From positions 1,550,001 to 1,614,000 of the forward strand of contig NC_043020.1 of assembly GCF_006345805.1 (NCBI RefSeq): a DNA stretch of 64,000 nt. Reading direction: 5' to 3'. Positions 55,905 through 64,000 of the stretch are shown here, piece by piece (position 1 is the first letter of the stretch; every line of letters starts with the position of its first letter). Source of the stretch: Octopus sinensis. Its lineage: Eukaryota. The notes under the pieces are model-generated. The model did no database searches and was not told the DNA's origin. It saw only the letters and a program-made list of their open reading frames with translations. Made by a program: the position numbers and the translations under genes.

Positions 55905-56968
55905 TCATGTTCGTGTTGTTGGTATTCGTGCATTGGTTGGACTTGTTGTTGTTTCTACAATGGCCGTCGAATCTGTACTTGTGTCTGTCGTCACTGGTAC
56001 TACCATTGTTGTTTTTGATGATAATGCTGATGATGTTGTTAACGCGGATGCTACAAATGATGATGATGATGATTGATGATGATGATGATGATGATGTTGT
56101 TAACGCAGCTGCTAAAAATGATGATGATGATGATGATGTTGATGTGTCTCTTATTGCTGTCTTGTGTTGTTCCAGATGTCACTAACTACGTTCTTACATT
56201 ATTTACATTATTTAGATTCGACGGATATTTGTACTCAACAAACAAGATGAGGACAAATATCCGTCGAATGTAAATAACGTAACAATGTAAATAATGTACA
56301 TAATTCCTCATCTCTTAAATATAGAACTGTATGAACTACGATCCTATTTAATAATTTCTGTAATTGCGATTACTGTTGTTATATATCTATTTCCTTTCTT
56401 ATAATAGTTTTTGTTATCATCCTTACTGCTGCCGCTGTTTATATATGCTGTGTGTGTGTGTGTGCATACGTATATGTATATATCTATATATATTGTGTAA
56501 ATTATGAGGGTAAAAAATTAAAATAATTTAATTACCAGTGTATATATATGAGTGTATAAATTTTTATACACAGAGAGGTTGTATATATATATATATGTTC
56601 CTTGAGGGTGTTATGATGTCTTTGTTAAGTATATCAAATGTATCGCCGTTAGCACCTCTGGAGATAGCTAAGCCATCATCTCTGTATAAGCCGAAGTATG
56701 CGGACAAAACACTTTAGCTTTGCTATCCATTACGTCAATAGAACATTTAGATCTATTCTGCAAACACCACCTATCTCCCATTTGTTAAGAGAACTCACAT
56801 GAGCCAGGAGGCTACCTGAACACCGTGACGGAAGCCGTGGGGAGTTGGCCACATTTTCGGAAATTTTTACTTCAAAATTGGAAAAATCTAGCTATCAAGC
56901 GAAGGAAGAAACTCGCCCGGCCATAATTTTTTAAGAGGGAATATTTCTTGAACTATCACCGGCGTTCT

Positions 56969-57008
<40 letters not shown>

Positions 57009-58828
57009 TGTGTGTGTTTTTCATTTAGTTTCAGCTCACGAGCTGTGGCCATATAAAAGTGGCAGAGAGGAACAAACAGAAAAACATGGAAACAAAAACC
57101 ACTCGCACAATGGACGTGGACTTTATCAACATTTCCTCAGTTATCGACCAAAGATCAGCACAATATCGCTACATAAAATACACAGAGAAACGAGGAAACA
57201 TCTCTCCCACTTTATACACGAGTAACGCACATCAACCGCCCCCGCCCCGTTTGCTTCAAATGCTGCTTCACACTAATATTCCGTTTCTCTCCCATTGATT
57301 TGTACATCACCGTCATAGCAGAGACTGCAACTCAAAGATGGGTCCTTCTGTTCAGAGTTAGAAAATATCTTATTCCTTCCAACTACTGCTAATCGCGCAC
57401 AAGACTCAATGTCACTGCTGCGGCTGCTGCTGTTATTGTTGTTTTCGTTGTTGTTGTTAAGCAACAAGACGGGTAAGGGTGATTAGGTGATGGTCTAGGG
57501 CTTAGGGGCGGGAGACCCCAGACATTGGGAAAAAAAATCAGAAAAACTTCCGCACTTTTTCCCAAAATTTAACGGTCAAAATCCCTAGTGCGTACTATAT
57601 ACGAGGTTAAAAATGAAAACTATTTTCTAAGCAATGTCCGAGTCTCTATTTGCTGTCCGGCAATAATTATTCAGACGCATTTTGTGATGTCGGGCGCGAA
57701 AATACCTTAAGCTAAACCTGAAGGCAATGAAGTCATAAAAGAATCATCCATAACTTGCAGTAAGCAACATTTATTAAACGTTATTACTGTTATTTCTTTA
57801 TTTTCTGCAAACAAACTGCACAAAAAAGCTACACGTTTGCATTATGTTATATATACAATAATAATAAAGGATGTTACCATATACATTTTTACAAACCAAG
57901 GACGTTATATAGACCTCCTTGACTCAAGTTAGAGAAGGGGTGCGTATTATACACAAGGTTTAGGTTTTTCGGAGGTACAGCCCCCTAAAAATCCCCTGCG
58001 TATTATACTCAAGGGCGGACTATACTCGAGGATTTACGGTAATCGAATTGAAGAGCGCAAGGGAGACTACTCCTGAAAACGAGACGGATAGAGGACAAGT
58101 TGAAGTGGGATGAAAAGGGGAAAATGAGACAGTGATGTGATGGCACATAATTTGGTGTGAACCGCTTTAAATTTTGATAGATCTTAGTTGCACTGGGTAA
58201 GGCACATGACCATGAAACTACAGATGTCTTGTTCGCTAAAGTTTTCGGCTGCATTTTTTATCTGGTGTAAAGTAGATGATGGCTGGAAGAGGTTGTAAAA
58301 ATATGGTTGAAGGGAGCGCACTGCAGGATTCAGTGAAGGGAACGTTCGTTATAGGGCTTGGAAATGAAGGAGCACAATGCAAACGTGGAAGGACAGGGTG
58401 TGCACCGTAAGACTAGGGGGAAAAAACAGGACGTTGGAGAGATGGAAGAAGCGGGTTTATATTGCAGGGCTAGAAAAAAGGGGTTGTACAGTGTATGGCT
58501 AGGAGAAGGCGGCGCATAATATAAAGGTGAGAGAAGGAGGGGCACATTGTAGAGCTGGGAGTGAGGCGAGAAGAATATAGGGCTGGAAAAAAGATGAAGC
58601 AGTATATAGGATGATGAGAAGAGGTGCACGGTATAATATGAAAAGAAGGGCGAGAATTTTGTATAGGTTGGAGGGGGTGCAGAATGAAAGGCTAAGAAAG
58701 TAAGGAACGAAGATTTGAAGTTGATGAAGGGGGATCACATTGTAAAAGCTATTGGAGGGGGTCTAATAGGGGACTGAATATTTTAGCAGTGCATTGCGAT
58801 TATTGCTGATACGGGACTAAACAACAGC

Positions 58829-58829
<1 letters not shown>

Positions 58830-58900
<71 letters not shown>

Positions 58901-59105
58901 AAGAAGAAAGAAGAAGAAGAAGAAAAGAAGAAGAAGAAGAAGAAGAAGAAGAAGAAGAAGGAGGAGAAGAAGAAGAAGAAGAAGAAGAGAAGAAGAAGAA
59001 GAAGAAGAAGAAGAAAAAGAAGGAAAAGAAAAAAGAAAAGAAGAAGAAGAAGGAAAAGAAGAAGAAAGACAATAACAACAACAAAAGCATCAGCAATAAC
59101 AACAA
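58830..59105. repeat. (AAT)n/(GAA)n/(AAC)n compound microsatellite
   Basis: Direct reading. Confidence 0.92.
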
Positions 59106-59729
59106 CAGAAACAGACTATACTAATTGTTGCTGTCAGTATATAAGACATTACTATGTTGGGGAGAGTAAAAAATCGATAAATCGATCGACTGATTACAGT
59201 AAGAGTATTTATCAATCCGGTTGATTTTCCAAAATCAATTACAACAAATTGTAAATATAATCACCACGACACAAGCCACCGGGTTTGTTTATTCTTGTCA
59301 CTTTAAACAACACTTAACTGTCCCTGACCATTAATGGTGGAAAGAATGTATCCAAATAGTTGCATGTCTCGCTAGAAAGAACAACTTAAGTTTCCTCAAA
59401 GCACAAACTACAGTCAAATGACAAAATGCATAATGCATTGTAAGGTACACCATTCCCTAAGAAAAACATCGATGGTATTGTCATGGCTGGAATGATTGTA
59501 ATTGTAGGTATCGAAGATTGGGACAGGTCACATCAACGCAACAAAATGTTTGTATGGATCATTATATCACGGTTAACTATGGACAAGGGCAATAATTTTT
59601 TTTCTATCCACTTTTCCAAGGTAGACAACTCTCTCTCACCTGTCTCAATCGTTCTCACTATTTCTCACTCTTTTTCTCTCTCTTGTCTCTCTCTCCCCAC
59701 CACACATATATATGTATGTGTGTGTATAC

Positions 59730-59796
<67 letters not shown>

Positions 59797-59957
59797 GTAT
59801 ATGTATATCTATATATATCTATATATATGTATGTGTATATATGTATATATATATATACACATACATATATATAGATATATATATATACATATACATATAT
59901 ATATACATACGTACATACATATATATATATACATACACACACACACACATATATATG

Positions 59958-59993
<36 letters not shown>

Positions 59994-60082
59994 TATAACT
60001 TAGAATAACTTAGAAAGGTTTTGGCTAGTATTGGCCCAGGCCATGTCTAACTTAATAGCACCACCTGGCTATATATATATAC

Positions 60083-60161
<79 letters not shown>

Positions 60162-60306
60162 CATATATTATATATATATCAGCCGAAATTGCGAAGATGA
60201 TCCGGTTCTTGACTGAAGATTGAAGGCTTCGAATGTCCCGTCCGTGTTTTTTGTATCGTCTTCTAAATGTTTCACGTTCTTGTCCCAGTTTGTATTTTTT
60301 TACATT

Positions 60307-60351
<45 letters not shown>

Positions 60352-61011
60352 GAAATACATGTGATGTATATTTTCAATAGATGAAGGTATCAGATGAAAT
60401 ACACAATAAATAAATAAATAAATAAATGAATAAATAAATGACTTTAGCAGAGATGAGTTATCTCCCTTGCACTGGCCGATGCAACAACAGTAATCATAAA
60501 TCAATGAAACGTGATCCCGTTTCGGCGGCGAGCTGGCAGAGTTGTTCAATGAAGTAATGAATCAAGGGAGGTTACTCTAAAAAGCACCTTTCGGGGTTTG
60601 TCTCCTTTGCATTTGTCTTTTCGGTAAATTTCTTAATTAGTTCTGTGCATGGTGTCTCGTACTTCTTTGTTGAGGTTTGACGTCGTTGACACTTATTTCT
60701 TCTTTGTCACTTATTTCTTCTTTGTGTGAAGTTTATGTGGTGTGCGTATGTTCACGTTTATGAAGGGGCTATGTTGGTACGGTTGCCATCGTTTATAGTT
60801 ACCCCCGTTTGTAGGGGATGGGGGTCTTCTTTAAAATATTGCTCATGTATGCAGGGAGAGAAAGTTTCATCCCTAATGTCTAAGATATCTGTTAATTGTA
60901 TAACATTTAGTTTTACGGTGATGTAGAATTCACATTGGTACCCTGTCCTCTGTAATTTTTGGCTTTAGCAAATATTGTACATGTACACACACACACACAC
61001 ACACACACACA

Positions 61012-61047
<36 letters not shown>

Positions 61048-61193
61048 TTATATACATATATTCTGTTGTGTCTGAGGAGAGTCATTCTCTTTTAGCGCCT
61101 TATAATTTAACACACACACCGATAAAATTTCCACTCATTTATTTATTTATTTTACTAAAAGTTTTGTTGCGTCTTGCAACCTTTTCAATACAT

Positions 61194-61232
<39 letters not shown>

Positions 61233-61449
61233 TTCACACACACACACACACTCACACACACACACACCTTTTTCCATATTTACATACAAACACACGTACG
61301 CATAAACTCACATCGATAAAGACACACCCACGGGCACGCGCTCGTATCCTCATTTCTTCGTTCATTAAGCAAAACTGACTTCAATAATTAGTAAACCAGC
61401 AAAATAAGAAAAACAAACAAGATAACAACAACAACAATTCTAAAACCAT

Positions 61450-63375
61450 TTAATTGTTTTTATATTTCAAATCCCACGTTCGCTGATGATTGGTTGGTTT
61501 CATATGAAACTTGTGACTCAGATAAAACGTCATGTCTCTCCAATTGGATGAAAATGTATTCTTGGGTTTCTTCTTGAATCGACTTAGAACCGTTTCAAAG
61601 ATGGCACACACCACCCCAAACACAGCCAAACAGCCACAGACAATAAAAATTCCACCCAGATCACCCAGGCCTATCTTCTTCGCTTTCAAATTATTCGATT
61701 TCTCTTCTTTTAGACATTCGTCATCCGATGGCCACCATTGCTTCTGGTATCTCTCAATTAAACCAGATTGTTGAATCAGCATCAGTCTGTGAAAAGAAAT
61801 ATTGAAATTGCAGAAGTAATAACAACAACAACAACAACAACACAGCAACAATAATAATAATAATAATTATTATTATTATAATAAGCTTAATCATCGCTGC
61901 CCAGGTTCAGGCATTAAATACCAACTCAGTGAAAAGGGATATATACCATATAAGTGCAACGAACCTCTGTAGAATGTATAGAAAGAGGGTCGAAAGCTTG
62001 TGAAAGTCTTGCACAGAAAGAGCACAAGCGCAGACACGACAAGTAACCCCCAAACTATGCCGGAATATGGATACGAGGTAATAGGTGCTTGGTACCAACA
62101 TACACAAGAAAAAGGTAATCGACGAAAAAGGAAGGTTTTGACTTCCAGACAGACAAGGTGTTAGAGCACCGAAGGCCGCATATTGTAACCCTTAGGAGGG
62201 ACCATCAAGAGTGCCCAATACTCAACGTGGCAATACCAGGAGATCAACATATTATCAAGAAAGAAAGAGAAAAAATTAATAAATATGGAGACCTTAGAAT
62301 TGAGATCACCAAAATGAGGAAGCTACACGAGTCAAACATAAAGGTTGTCCCTATTGTAATCAGAACATTGGGTTCAGTACCACCCAAACTGAAAAAACAT
62401 CTGGAAACTTTAGAAATACCCTATAATCTATGTGTATTGCAAAAATCGGCATTACTTGGAACTGCACGCATATTGCGTAAAGAATTGCTTGTTTGAGGTC
62501 CATTGTGACTTGACAGGAAGTACAAAGCCCCGGTAGACATAGACATCATATCTTCAATCAACAACATCACGTTATTGGATACTGTTCGAAGTCTTAAATA
62601 ATAATAATAATTTCCATTTTTGTTACAGGGCCAGCAGGCGTTGATAATATACGTATAAGTGATCAAATGGTTCTTATATTATCGACCCTGGAAGTATGAA
62701 AGGCAAAGTCAACCCCGGCCGAATTTGAGCTCAGAACATAAAGACGGACGAAATGCCACTAAGAAATTCGCCCGACGTACTAACGATACAGTTACTCCTA
62801 GTTCACCGCACCATTTGTTCCAAAATATTGAAAGGTTTTATTAGGGTACAAATAGCGCCTTTTATAAATTATATCATTTTTTTATTAGGGCATTGACTAT
62901 TTATCATTTAATGATGGCATGCTTGGATAAGTGATAGTCAAGTACGCAAAAATCTCGCTGAAAATATACGGTAAACCGTAAATGCCAGGGGCAGTTGAGA
63001 TAACCATCCCACTTCACGTTGAAGTTCTATCTGCAGTTAAACACACCTCTTTATAACCGAGGGTTACGTCAAGAGCTATATCCAAATGAAATATTAAATC
63101 TCTATGATAATAACCATTACTCACGTGCTTGATATGGCCGCCAGGTAAGGTGAATGCTTTGGTGTGACGAATCCAAGACCTTGTCTGGGTGTGTCACCCC
63201 GAACGACATAGTATTTACCGCAGAATTTGCCAGCAATGTAATAAATCAGAGATTCGTCACTAATAAACGCATAATCATGATTATCAACTAATATCAACAT
63301 CTCTTTCTCTTTGGTCACTACTGGGCCACTGGCCATGATGTCACCGATCCTTTTGTAATCTTCATTGGAAACATT
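61450..63375 (-). CDS. Second iGluR/IR-like subunit, last two exons (63375-63125, 61786-61450); remainder lies beyond the window end
   Basis: tatttcAG|NVSNEDYKRI..DYAFISDESLIYY..FC..GLGFVTPKHSPYLAAISS|GTGAGT, then tttcacAG|..QQSGLIERYQKQWWPSDDEC..IGLGDLGGIFIVCGCLAVFGVVCAIFE..*. Same exon length (251 nt) and phases as the receptor 1 S2 exon. Confidence 0.92.
61905..62500 (+). mobile_element. R4/Dong-like non-LTR retrotransposon relic (restriction-like endonuclease C-terminus) in the last intron of receptor 2
   Basis: HRRPHIV..LNVAIPGD..KEREKINKYGDLRIEI..VVPIVI.TLG..LQKSALLGTARILRK. Confidence 0.8.
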
Positions 63376-63418
63376 CTGAAATAGAAGCATCATCATTATG
63401 TATGTATGTATGTATGTA

Positions 63419-63985
63419 CACTACCGTCAGAAATTAATTAGCACCCTTGATTTGCTCACCATGAAGCATGGTGGGTGTGGTCTGATGGTGTGAGGGGCGT
63501 TCAGCTACAGTGGTGTTGGGCGGCTCTATGCCGTCGAAGGCAACATCAACGCAGCAAAGTACGTTGAGATAGTACGGGATACCTCTTTGGTGGCGAGGAG
63601 TACGTGCTGGCCAGTCACCTGACCTGAACCCTATTGAGAACCTCTGGAGTCGATTGGGTAGGGATTTGAAGGTGCAGCAATACAGGAACCGACACGAGCT
63701 GTTTGGGGCACTTCTTGCTGCATGAGGGGCCATCCCTGCACAGTACCTGCAGGCACTCATAGACAGCATGCCGACCCGCGTAGCAGCTGTCATTGCTGCC
63801 AAAGGAGGAGCAACAAGATATTGACTAAATTTCACGATTAATAACAATTATGTGGTGTGCTGGGATATGTTTTAATAAATTTTTGATTAAAAACGAGTTC
63901 GTTTCTGATAATAAGTTAATTAAATTAAGAAAATGTAAGAAAATGTAGAAATTTGAGAAGTGCTAATTAATTTCCGACGCAAGTG
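63419..63985 (+). mobile_element. Internally deleted Tc1-like element with both TIRs, in a (TATG)n tract in a receptor 2 intron
   Basis: TA|cactaccgtcagaaattaattagcac...gtgctaattaatttccgacgcaagtg|TA; KHGG..MV*GAFS and SPDLNPIENLW remnants. Confidence 0.9.
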
Positions 63986-64000
63986 TATGTATGTATGTAT

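Noticed and set aside
58040-58770. Purine-rich stretch with a hint of ~29-bp periodicity between the two receptor genes
   Set aside because: Too degenerate to define a unit by eye, and its ORFs are low-complexity.

Overview
Repeat-rich, AT-rich animal genomic DNA. The tRNA-headed SINE families and dense (TA)n/(CA)n/(TCTA)n/(AAT)n microsatellites look like a coleoid cephalopod, probably Octopus; this is an inference, with no database check. Most ORFs in the supplied track are microsatellite or SINE artefacts. Reading splice sites by hand gives three multi-exon genes: (1) a + strand cadherin-family gene of 10 small phase-compatible exons (7528-32558) encoding exactly three cadherin repeats, with a GC-AG intron, a 36-nt microexon and no transmembrane exon that I can find; (2) directly downstream on the same strand, a near-complete divergent ionotropic glutamate receptor / IR-like gene (12 exons, 39080-55904, about 794 codons) that has lost two of three canonical glutamate-binding residues and has an unusual pore and gate; (3) the last two exons of a convergent paralogous receptor on the - strand (63375-61450). 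The cadherin exons can be spliced in frame into the receptor, so the locus is either a secreted 3-repeat cadherin beside a receptor pair or a cadherin-iGluR chimera. Introns hold SINEs, Tc1/mariner, Helitron, LINE and Penelope relics, several 180-440 bp foldbacks, and several Penelope-type minimal hammerhead ribozyme motifs, one with a fully canonical core. A 100-N assembly gap lies at 37385-37484.
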